From assembly GCA_030704615.1 (NCBI GenBank), contig CM060734.1:35960001-36024000 (forward strand): 64,000 nt of DNA, written 5' to 3'. Positions within the stretch are counted from its first letter, which is position 1. Each line of letters starts with the position of its first letter. The translations under genes and the position numbers were made by a program. Positions 26,401 through 37,776 of this stretch are shown here, in pieces. Source of the stretch: Takakia lepidozioides. Its lineage: Eukaryota; Plantae; Bryophyta. The notes beneath the pieces were generated by a model. It made no database searches, had not been told where the DNA came from, and worked only from the letters and a program-made list of their open reading frames with translations.

Positions 26401-26841
26401 GCGGCGCGGACGTACAAGATAGAGACTCGCGCGTGCGAAAGAAAGACGGCTGCCCTGCCCGACGAGCGAGAGAGGGGTGGGGGGCATACGTGGCGTCGTT
26501 ACACGATCCGGCAGCCCCGGCGGGCAGGTCGTGCTCGGGGGCAGCGATGCGACGGTGGGCCATATAAGAAGGGGTTGACCCACCCCCTCTCTGTCTCGCT
26601 ACTCTCGACGTCTCGCAGAGCTCGAGAGCTTTGCAGTGCTGCTCTTCATGTTCTGGCACTGAAGCGTTCTCTTTGATATTCTTCAGTCGAGTATGCAGTC
26701 TTGGATGCGAGGAGTCTGAGCCTGCCTGTGTGTCAAGTTCTGTAGCCAAGTCTCTGGCTTGTATCTGAGAATCCCGTTGTGGGGATTCCCGCTTTTCGAT
26801 AGCGAGGGCTCGGTTGTGAGGAATCACGTGAGATAGTTGAA

Positions 26842-28684
26842 ATGGGGATTATGCTGAGAGAAAGGGCGCACGAGGCTGCTGTTGTACCTAAAGAGCAGAG
26901 GAGGAATTCCGTGTGCGTGGAGTTGGACCCTGAGCCCCCATTGCCTTGCGGGTGGGAGAAGTGCCTCGATTTGCAGGTGAGAAATAGTCTGAGCATCTTT
27001 TCCTTATGGAAACATCATCATCTTTGCTTGTTAATGTGTTACAGACAGTGTGCACCAATCTGTTTGTAGACACTGGTAGTGGTTGCCACGTTTCAAGTAG
27101 GTTCCGGTTTCTGTGACATACCTTCGCATGGATATCGATACTCGGACACAGCACATTGTTGCAGTGATTTGTACGCTTCAAGGTCCACTCATGTGCCAAT
27201 TGTTCTGTCTCAGAGAGAATGGAAGAAGTGACAGGGTAGGGACGAATAAGGATTTTTGATCTCAATCTGACGAGGACTGGATGGGTGTTATTTGCAGTCG
27301 GGCAAGATATACTTCAAAGATTGGAACTCGGGTACTCAAACATACAAAGACCCCCGGCGACAGAACCTGCCAGCACCGCAACGCATAGGTCTCCTTTCCA
27401 TCTCCCTTCTTTCGGAAGAAAGGAATGACGCAGAGGGGTCGGCAACCACGGTGCTCGAATCCACCATGGAAACTGAAAATACCGAAACTTCTAACCGCAA
27501 GAGCAAGAGGAAGGCATTGCTCAACCACAGCCGAGTCTCATCTCTGAGACCGCCGCTTGGACTCACTATGGGACACACTCCGGATGAAGACTTCTGTGAT
27601 CGCGACAACACTTCCACCATGGATGAGGATCACGAATCTTTGGATTTGAGTCTGAATCTGTCTGGTGCACGGAGCACTTCTCAGGACAAAAGTGTATGCA
27701 CTGTGGAAAAGGTGCGGAATGCTCTCGAACTCTCTCAATGGTCCCAGAGGACCGATGCTAAGGAGAGGTGCTCCTCTGGCTTGAATATAAAACTCTCTGG
27801 GACGTGTTTGGCGCTGACGAATTCGTTGTCAACAGCTCTTGCGCTTATGTCTCCACGACCATCTTCCTCCGGGGAGTCGAACTCTCTCTCTCACGCCGAG
27901 GCCTCCTCCAAGCGTTCCTCTCCATCCGCATCCCAGTGTTCGTCTGCGTGCTTGACATCTCCCTCAGCTATGAGCTACCAAGGTACATCAGTTCAATGCA
28001 GGTTCTACCCTTCTAGTGCTCAAGGATACTTTTCTTTCCAATGCAGTTGACACTTTAGTCTTACCTGAGATTTATCTACGTGCACATTCTTGGGTCCCTC
28101 GAGAATCAAGCTTACTTTCCATGTAGACCTTCCAAGTGATAGATATCATGCGAGTTGAAGCCAGAAGCTCTGGAAACAGGGACGCCTATCCACTGGTCAT
28201 CTTGGATTCTAGAAATATAATCACAAGATCTGGACAGAAATTTCGAAACGTGTTTCACTTTGATTACGACGGTTCTTGTCAAAGACGTCAACGACAGCCT
28301 GTCACTCCACATCAATAGCTCAGTAGAACTGCTAAATCTGCCAAGAAGAAGGAAACTAATTGAGACATGTCTTGCCTTCTTGCAGGTGAGGATGAGGAGG
28401 TTCAGCAACCTGGGCGGGAAGGAATTGAGACAGCGGCAGGTGAACGAAGGCAGTTGCAAGAAACTGGTGATGGGCGAGGTGTAGAGGAAGAGGGAGTGAT
28501 GGTCGCAGTGGGATGCAAGCACTGCCTCATGTATGTCATGCTGTCTAAGCTTCACCCTAGTTGCCCAAAATGTGGGAACACCGACGTTCTCCTCGATCTT
28601 CCACATCCGATGCCCAAGAGACAGAGAATGTACATTGACAGGAGTCCGACATGGAGCTGGTCAGAAGTAAGATCTGCCGATTGA
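26842..28684 (+). CDS. CFL1-like: WW-domain protein with EAR motif and C-terminal GIR1-like zinc ribbon (CURLY FLAG LEAF 1-like)
   Basis: Exons 26842-26976, 27298-27982 and 28386-28684, with GT-AG introns in phases 0 and 1 that are consistent. WW domain PLPCGWEKCLDLQ|SGKIYF..TYKDPR, EAR motif LDLSLNL, and MVAVGCKHCLMYVMLSK..PSCPKC. Confidence 0.9.
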
Positions 28685-30169
28685 CTCGGAGTTACTTCGG
28701 TGTTGCAGTGGGTGTGATGTCTTTCTGTTCCCAAATTTTGTAGGATGTGAACCATCACAGATTCTTTTGGTTTCTTAGCGTACCTCAGGGCGCTTAACCC
28801 ATTTGGTTGCTAGAGGGTTAGCTAGCCACATCATTTTGTATACTAGTTAACGAGCAGCTAGTATAGCAGGAAATGCCTCCTCATGAATTCTCCCCTGCAT
28901 GTAGTCCAACGGCCTCGCACAGAGTTACGTTTTTGTGATGAGCTTGTCCCCAGGTGGGAAAAGCCAAATCTGGCTTGCTGGGTAGATAAATAAGACCAGA
29001 AGGCCTGCAAACTTTAGAGGGCTTGTGTTTCTAGGTAAGGACAAGCCTGGCTGCAACCCCAATATACTGGGAGTTATATGCTTACGGAGGTTGCAACTTG
29101 AAGTCCTACTTCAGTGGAACGTTTTGACAATGGCAATTTTCCATTTTGATCTACAGGCATTCGTTTAGATTGTGAATAATCCTTTGTAGTGCCAAAGGCA
29201 TTGAACACTACAAGGAAGTTGGATTCTTTCACCAAGAGGCTCCTGAGTTTACACCATACTGGGGCCAGGTCTTCATATATGAATTCATAGCTGGATTTTG
29301 TTTCTATTGGTTGTGTCCACTTCAGGATGCAGCCAGCGGTCTATGAAAATACCATGTCCAGTGCTTTGGCCTTACAATTTCTCCTACTTATTCTCTTTGT
29401 GTGCACTATTAATATTATTTGGGTACATCGTGACATGTTCCTATCTCATTCTCTCCTTTCATAACTCAAGCTCTCACTGAAGTCTTCACTATGAGGATCA
29501 GACATGGTTGGCGACTTACCTGCACGAGGCCTTGACCCTTACAATCCCTTGAGCAGTAGTTGCTTTTGGGCTGCTTTTTTGCTTTGTCTCCTCGCTCTTG
29601 TTTTTTCCATTCTCTCCCCATAAGCTCTTTGAGCTTTCCACGGACGTTATAAAGTACCATTTCATTTCATTTCATTTGTGAACATCCTGGTAATTGTGAG
29701 GTACTAGGCTGTGGCCCCCTGAATGACCTCCTGCAAAGGCCTAGACTGTAGCGGTGACTTCAGACGTAGCATTTCTTGAGTTTATAGATGCTAATGAAAG
29801 AAGGTTCCAGATGAGCTGCCAAAGATAGTTTTGCAACAGCTTTGTTCAAAGCCATTTCAAGGGCTTGGATTTTGCCGAGATCTTGGCTTATGCTCAATTT
29901 TGGGTTCTCCCATCGTTTTGCTTCAGGTGTATCAGAGTAAGTATAAACCTACATATTATTCACACTCACGCTCGAGAGAAGTAGCACTGTACAATGTCAC
30001 ATAGCGCCTTCCTTGTGTGTGCCCGGAGAAAGGGGAAGGGGATCATCTTCCCGAAACTGCCACTCTTACAACAATTCATTGCCCATGTTCTTATATGTCC
30101 AAAGGCTCTCATCTTGTTTCTCAGAAGCGTGGCTGCCATCATGTTCCTTCGGATATCTAGTCTTGGGCA

Positions 30170-31100
30170 TTTTGCTTGTTTTTGGTGTAGCCCACCTCCT
30201 CCTGTAAGTCTGGAACACCAGTTCCTTTTCCATCCTCAGGACTCACACCGTTGCATTAGCAGTCGTTCCAAGCGTGGGCAAAAAGCATGATGTTAGCAAC
30301 AGTACACAACTTTGTCTCAATCTCACTGTGATGGAGGAGACTTACCAGACATGGTCCAAAATGTTGAAGAAAAAGTTTTGCTGCACTGAGTTGTTAGTGT
30401 CGACAACTCGTGCTAGATTCCGTGTTTCACAACAAACAGATAAACCTTCCCTATGATACTACAGTTGGGAGAATAGAATAGTCCAGATTCGTCCATGTCT
30501 CTAACGCCAGATTCTCAACAACAGTATAGAGAATGAAAAACCCCTGATGATCAGTGTTCTTGGAAGAACCCAGCTTCTCAAACGTTCTCAACACTTGTGC
30601 ATCTAGCCTTCGGTAGGTACGCCTACCGAAGCCTCTCCACCTAAAACAGTTGCCTGTCTTTGCAAGAGAATGGGCGTGAGAAGTGGAGGAAAGAACACAA
30701 TGTGCAAGTTTGGGGAGGAGGCGGCTCCCAGGTCTCAATCAACTGGGCGAGAATCTGCAACACGTAAGGGGTAGACTCTGTCATGTCCAACTCCAAAACA
30801 ATCTGAACGACAGGGAACAAAAAATTCCCAAACATTGGTGTATACTTGCTAAGGGTCCCTCACATGCATTGGCCTCATAACATAAGGGTTTTCATGCGAG
30901 TCAGGGAGCTTAGAGGCATTGATTCAACAAACCTCGGGACCATACCTTTCCGCACACAAACAATGAGGGTAAACATACCCTTCAGTAGCATGCTTGTACT
31001 TAGCTCATATTTACCTGCAATGAAGGAGCAATGAAGAAACAAAGTGACACATTTGAAGCCGGACAACCTTTCATGAAGCTGTGTTTTGGAACACACTAGT
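30170..31100 (-). pseudogene. CSE1: Exportin-2 (CSE1/CAS) pseudogene, C-terminal half, intronless
   Basis: Collinear broken segments KLPDSHENPYVMR; LFPVVQIVLELDMTESTPYVLQILAQLIE..PP; QVLRTFEKLGSSKNTDHQGFFILYTVVENL; VVDTNNSVQ; VPDLQEEVGYT. These match CAS/CSE1 C-terminal motifs. Many stops and frameshifts. Confidence 0.7.
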
Positions 31101-33344
31101 TAGAGTTTGAGACTTGTTTAGTCTTTGTTCCAATTCTGCTGCCAATTAATCTCTCTTCTTCAGTCTCAATGAGCATCCAGGCAGCTCTACTGCCATCTAC
31201 CCTTACTCCAATCGCATTACATTCAGCACTAGGGTGGCAGAGGTGGTGGCAGCTGTGTTGGATACTTGTACCTTTGCAAGAATATTTGGATCTGGACTAG
31301 AAGAACCTCAATCCAAAATTGACTACACAACAGAAAACATCAAACTTAGGTTGAAGTCAAAGCCTCAGTTTCGCTCAACAGTGAGCTGGTTACCCAAGTT
31401 GTCTCGCGGGACCTGGGCGTTGACACTTCTAATTCGAGGTAACTTCCTCACGATTTCCAGAGACTGATTAAATGAGGTGATGTGTCCTGAGTCAACCTGA
31501 AGCGGTCATATCCTACTCAGCCCTTTCTATCTCCTTTTGATCCCTTTTTGATCATTTGGAACGACCTGAAGTGGAGCTCTAGGGTAAGAGCCATATCACT
31601 CTTGTTTGGGTGTGGGTTCATGTCTTATTTAAATATTGAGTCTGAAGCCCATCCGAACGGGATCCGAATACTAATTTGTAGTTCTTCACGACCAAAAACC
31701 TTCGTACTCAGACTAGCCCTTGGAAAGAGAGCGGGTCAACAGCATGTGACTACTCGGTCAAGAGAGTCTCTATTCTCAAGAGGATTACTTTCTCGGTGTT
31801 GTTCAAAGTTGACGAGTTGACCAAGTGAATATATATTTTCAGACAATTGCTGTATACAGGGGAAAATGTTCAGACAGTGGAAGTCTATTCAAAAGGAAGA
31901 CTTTTAAACCGCGTCTTTTGAACTGGATTGAAGAAGTAAGTCAACAGTGGATTACTTGAACAGCTTGGCAGTGACCCCGGACGGGATTCTTCAGCACGCA
32001 ACTCCACGGGCCGGTGGGTTCAACTGAGCCAAGTCTTGATGATGGGTGCTTGCTCCCAGTGACCGAGACTTACTCATTCAATGGACCCAAGACTTAGAAA
32101 TATATACATGACCTTGAAAATGGGTTTGGAAGTTGAAAATCTACACGGGTCTTGAACTGACATTCTTGGAAGTAGCACTGGTACAGTTGAAGCAGACTAC
32201 ACCGTAAATTCTGTTATTAGTGGAAGGATAGGATCATTGCACGCACAGAATTTTTAGTCCGCAGTGTTTCAAGCAATTACGTTTACAGTGACCAGAGGAT
32301 TTTTGTGAAGTTACATTCATGAATTCTGTTCTGGATCATATTTCATATGGATTGGTCACGTTTAAGGTAACTTCTCCACCTGCTGCTGATTACTCTGGTT
32401 TGTTGTGAGTTATTCATATAGATGTACATGAATTCGACTCGATTCGACTTCCTAGGCTGGTTAGTTCATGCTGTACATAAATTCATTCCGCAAGTGCGAT
32501 TATATCTGCTAGCCCTTGGACGTTGCAATGCGAGTCTACAAGGATCAAAAGAGACTCCCTCTAACGTCTTCTAAAATGTAAGCTTATAGAGGGTGAAGTT
32601 TTAGAACAGTGATCGTAATAATCAACAAAATACAACTTTCCCCAAATCATTACAAAGCGAGCCACAGATTTGAATCGAATGCCCCCCCACTGTACCCCCG
32701 CAATCAGCTTCAAGTTTCTTCGAGAGCGTCGCAATATTTGTGGGTCTGGCGCTGCTTCACTTACCAAAGGTTGATTCGAGTCATCTTTGTAACGGCGTAC
32801 TAGATATGTAACCACAGTTCTGTCCTTGTCGGCTCTGATTTCTTAGCGACAGATGGCCATCTCTCGAGTTGAATTACCAAGCATACACAGTACAGCTCGA
32901 CACAGTAGAGGTCCAACTTAATTAAGAGGTAGATGGAACCGATCCACTCGAGACTTCTGTACTAGCCCCATGTGGTAGACGGTGTACACGAGAATTCTTC
33001 GTGCTGGCTTGTGTTATAATACATTTTCCAGGGCTATGTCTCCCACTTTAGTGAAGGTCTTTCATAATAGTCTAACCTAGATCTTTCCAAGGAAGCACCA
33101 AACTTCCTATATGGCGGATCCGCCAGGAAGAAACTGCGTTTGGAATACATTTTTAACTCCGATTGTCCCCAGAATTTACAATCCCTGTCTTGGATTTACA
33201 ATTTATGATCCTTGGCTTTTACCCGAATGGAAATTTAGTCAATGTTTTATTTTTTGTCACTATGCAAGGAGGAGGACCGACCAAGAGTCAAAGTTTAGTA
33301 ACTACTCACTAGACATGTTTGACTGTTTGAATGACTAGGGAGAC

Positions 33345-34005
33345 AGCATTTTTTTTATTGGCAAATTTTTTCCATTCGGCCGCTTGAAAAGGAAGATAAT
33401 AGGAATAATGTAAGAACTTAGTGCACACGTGCAACCACTGACAAGATGATTGGGGACATAACCGGTTTTTAGGGCAGCGAGCCAGAACAGAATGTCAACT
33501 CCGTGGGGGTTACACTGGGTCACACGAGAGAGGTGTGTAACTCCACGTTGACATTGGGTTATACTATGAGGTGTGTAATTCCACTCTGGAATACACAAAA
33601 TGGAGTGTAACTCCACTCGGTGTAACTCATACTTGGTCTCAAAATTTGACTAAGTCCAAATTTTAGCTAAGTATTAAATGGGCTAACCATAGTTACATGA
33701 GAAACCGGGGCAACCATGGTTACACTACAAGAGCCTCCCATCAAAAATTAAACCTTGAACCTCAGCACCTGCAATGCTATCATCGTACCATCTCGCTAGC
33801 CACCACAGCTTGTGATCTTCTGGGATTCTTGTGATCTTCTGGGATTCTTAAGTAAGAGGATGGTGGGGAGGATTTGACCCCCCCCCAGATGAGCCCAGGC
33901 TGCTGGAATCCTGCGAAAGTAGCGTCAGATCACATGCCTCCATTAAGTTCTTACATTATTCCTATTGTCTTCCGCCTGAAAATCCCCTCGGCGAATGAAA
34001 CAAAG
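33345..34005. repeat. MITE-like element with ~45-bp imperfect inverted repeats
   Basis: GGAAGATAATAGGAATAATGTAAGAACTTA (~33390) vs TAAGTTCTTACATTATTCCTATTGTCTTCC (~33945). Internal GTAACTCCAC repeats and a 19-bp tandem duplication at 33810-33848. Confidence 0.45.
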
Positions 34006-34632
34006 GGAAAAAGACGTCCAAAGGCAGTTTTGGCCAAAAGCTCGGGGTTTTCAAAAAGGTCCTTGGCCCTGGACTTGAGGGGCTGCACAGATGTCGCCAT
34101 GGCGGCCCCATGCAGGATGAGCCAAATGAGGGTTGTGGGCCCTCCTCCATTTCCCGCGGAGATGCTTGTCCCCTCTCTTGCCATAACTATACACCTCATT
34201 TGTATCAATTAGCCTATGGTTTTCAAATAGAAAGAGTTCTATTCGCCTATTAATGGCTTTCAACTATTTCTCTACTTCGCCTTCTATTGCTCATCAACAT
34301 CCATTTGATTCGCAAAATATGACAAGAGTGGAAATACATGTAGCCTATGAATTCGAGGATAATTACATAGAGTGGGCCACTTGCACTACCCTAAACCCAA
34401 TATATATAGCCACTCGTACTCCTTTTCAAAATCCTTAAATAAAACCCTGGAGGGGGATTACTGGCCATCACGTTAAGATATCTTCTCTGTTACAAGTCTC
34501 TAAATTCAAGTATTGATGCTAGCAACGTTGTGGCCAGCATACATCTGATATAGAGTCAAAAAGATTACGCTCCAGACGATGTGGCCAAGAAGACCATGTA
34601 ATATATTCGAGATAACAAATCCACTGTTGTCG

Positions 34633-34711
34633 TTTCTACTACCGACAGATGCAATCAAACATGATTCAAGGCTTCTACTACCGACAGATGCAATCAAACA
34701 TGATTCAAGGC
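34633..34711 (+). repeat. 39-bp tandem duplication
   Basis: TTCTACTACCGACAGATGCAATCAAACATGATTCAAGGC x2. Confidence 0.85.
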
Positions 34712-34839
34712 CTAGCTCCGTAAAACTTCAAAATCGTTCACTATTATCACCGAGTACTCAGATGTCATTTGTGTCGTTTGTACTCCTCACTCCTCACGCC
34801 AATTTTTTAGATGGCATCTTGTATATTGTGTTACGTTGT

Positions 34840-34968
34840 TGGATGTGGTTGTGGGTTCAAACCACGGTCTGGTGTGTCATGAAGGTGTCCACCTTCCTAG
34901 CGGAAGGCAGTAGCGCTTCGGGGGTGAAGTGACTCCATAAGTTATGCTTCCTTCGGGAGGCGTCATAC
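34840..34968 (+). mobile_element. tRNA-derived SINE family copy (5'-truncated)
   Basis: GTGGGTTCAAACC (B-box-like)..AAGGTGTCCACCTTC..CTTCGGGGGTGAAG..ATAAGTTATGCTTCCTTC. Homologous to 35298-35462(-) and 63473-63645(+). Confidence 0.6.
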
Positions 34969-35297
34969 TTTTTTTTTTTTTTTTTTTTTTTTTTGTGGTT
35001 ACGTTGTTTCCAGCATGCCAGACTCTGTAGATGCCATCCGGTTACTGTTGGCAGCTAAGAATGCGATACTGTCAAAAAGCAGTCCAAGGGAAATTCCTTC
35101 CAGTAACTCTAGTGACAACCTGTATGCACGGTCATTCAAAATTCGATCTTATATGTGTTGAAATCAACGAATTTTTATGTTGCTCTAGTTAGATCATGAA
35201 TGCTTTTATGTAGATTCACGTACTTGGGGGGCTTATTCAGCTCAGCTGAAGGGAAGAAGACTCCGGCACAAAGCCCTCTGAATTAGGTACTAACTTT

Positions 35298-35462
35298 GTA
35301 ATATTAATAATATTTGACGCAGGACGCGTAAATTATGGTGCCTCTTCACCCCGAAAGATTATTGCCTTCCGCTAGGAAAGTAGACTTTTTTACACCAATT
35401 GATGGATTGAACCCACAACCACTTCCGAGGTGGTATGTGCTCACTAAGAGTGGGTCACAACT
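35298..35462 (-). mobile_element. tRNA-derived SINE family copy
   Basis: The reverse complement aligns along the 63473-63645 copy (CACATACCA..CGGAAGTGGT.GTGGGTTCAATCCA..CTTTCGGGGTGAAGAG.CACCATAA). Confidence 0.6.
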
Positions 35463-37559
35463 TGGTTGTCTTAGTAAGTAATAAGAGGCAAGGGGAGGAG
35501 AGCCTTCTTCTTTCCTTTACATGCCCTCTCCCTACACATGTCACCCCTAGAAACCACCACTTGACACATGTAGGTACTTGCTTACCCAAGTTTGGTTCCT
35601 GAACCATCCTCCATTTAATAGCTGTCGCCTTCCTACTGTCTTTTTTTTTTGGACCCCCTTACAAAGGGGTTATTTCTTCACATCCTTGTGTAGCTTACTA
35701 TGGATCCCCTCTTTTTAATTCTTGGACCATCCTCTAATGGATTGGGCCCACCCAAACTTGGGGGGCCTACCCTTAAACTATAAGCACCATTTTGGTGGGC
35801 CCACTAAAAAATAATGCATACCCTCGTGGATAAGGGGTGTAACTTTTAAGCTCAGATGCACCGGCGGTGGGTTGACCCTCCAGCAGACTTTATAGGATGG
35901 ACTGGACTGTCCAATGGACCCTCCAGCAGACCCGGTGGATGGGCACTTAGGCACATTGAAGACCTTAATATTAAAAAGTGAGAGGCTTGTTAAGATTGCA
36001 TGGAAAAAATGGTTTGACCACTAAACTCAAGTATCGAGTCATATGCCCTCCATAATTTGATTATATGGCACCTAAAGGACTCTCCCCCACAAAAAGCGAA
36101 AATCCAAAAACTGATGTAGGCTGCTTTGTATGTGAAATCTAGGGGGGAAATTGTCATGGTTTGGCTTCTTTCCCCAGTGCATTTGTTTTCTAATTCCTCT
36201 CGTAAGTAAGTGCACAGTAATATTACATAGTGCCTGTTCCAAAAATTTGGCATTTTGATAAATTTTGAGCCCTAGATATTATTTTCAAGATTGCCCATTG
36301 GCCTGCCACGTGGTCAGGTCAACGCTTTCAATGGACACTGGATTTTCCAGCCCCCATGGCACTTTGAAAAATTCTATGGAGCAGAGCTTCTATTATTTTA
36401 GGGTGCTGTAGCCTGTGACTTCCCGCATCTACTTCTCCCTTTCTTGCACACTTAAACTTCAGGAGTCACTTCCTTCCAGGGTCATCCATGAAAGTTGGAT
36501 CCTGGCAGAAAACTGACCCGACCCGATTCGGGTCGGGTCGGGTCGCGTCATCGCTTTGGGGGTCGCAGCGTCGTCGTTTAGGGTTTTGTTTTTTGGGGGG
36601 GGGTTATTCATGATTCCTTGTGAGATATGGTTACAAGTATTCAGTTTTTTAGTCGCGACAGAAGTGACTACGCTGTACGTACACACACGAGATACCAAGA
36701 ACGGCTGTTTGTTGGCCCTGCCTCTCGCCCATCTTGCGCCACTCTTACTTATGAGGGTCACCTGATTTGCATAGTGAGCCACGCTGCAGCGTTGCGGATA
36801 ATAAGAGAGATTCGGTATTTTTGCAATCTCCGACATTTCAAGCTGCTACCCACTCGAACGTATACCACGTCAGGTATACTGTACATTAAGTAAGGATCAA
36901 GTTGATCATGGAATATACGCGTAAATATAATCCATCGTGACCTTGACCGCAGCTCAGCTGCTTGACATTTCGCCTACACACGAGTCAAGGCTCTTAATAT
37001 ATACAATACAGCTTAGAAAACAACAAAAATGCGAACGACCCGGACTCTCGCTCAGCTTCCCGTGCTTGTCAATGCACACGTGCTCAGGATCTGCCTGCGC
37101 CCTGCACCTCCCTGCAACCTCTGTCATGGATGATGAGCAAGACATGGAAGCAAGCACGCCGTCTGGATCTGCACATACTTATTACACGGGGTCTGCAACT
37201 TTGAGTCCCTGCTGCAGTGACGACATTGTAGTAAACAAACTACACGGGTCCCGCAAAGATGGACGTGCGCGAGCGGGTGAAGCACCCGCGCTCGAACGCG
37301 GGGAAAGGGCCCACATAGCAAAGCGCGGGTGGACCAGGTCCCACCGCCGGGCCCCGCTGCGGTCACCGCGCAGTTTCTATCTGCGGCCGCATCACTGGGG
37401 CGCGACCTGAAATACTTCAATTTTTGTTTGCCATTTTCATGCATTACTCTCAGCCTACGATTTAAAAACGAACGGAAAACAAAAAGAATAATCAGAATAT
37501 TTGATGAAGTTATGGATGAGGGCGAGCAGTCTTTTTGGATGAAACGCATCGACGGTTGA

Positions 37560-37566
37560 TATAAAA
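37560..37566 (+). promoter_or_regulatory. Putative TATA box of PAL
   Basis: TATAAAA about 215 bp upstream of the ATG, downstream of a GC-rich block. Confidence 0.4.
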
Positions 37567-37776
37567 GGGTCAAGTAGTCGGCTCCCCTCGGATTATCGAT
37601 GGACTTCGCAGTCTCTGTCTCGCACAGATCGCGTACAGATCGCGCACAGCTGCAGATGCGTAGAGGGTAAGTTGGAACAATCTGCCAGACTGAAGGCTTG
37701 TCTTCAACGAAGTTTCCGCAGCGAGGAGAATTTGGAGTTCTTGACGAGACAGTAGAGAAGAGGAAAGCAGGCCTGC

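Noticed and set aside
31850-33130. Coding-like decayed sequence
   Set aside because: No family motif could be recognised in any frame.
35539-35843. Possible solo LTR (TGTCACCCC..GGGGTGTAAC)
   Set aside because: No terminal CA, no TSD and no second copy in the window.
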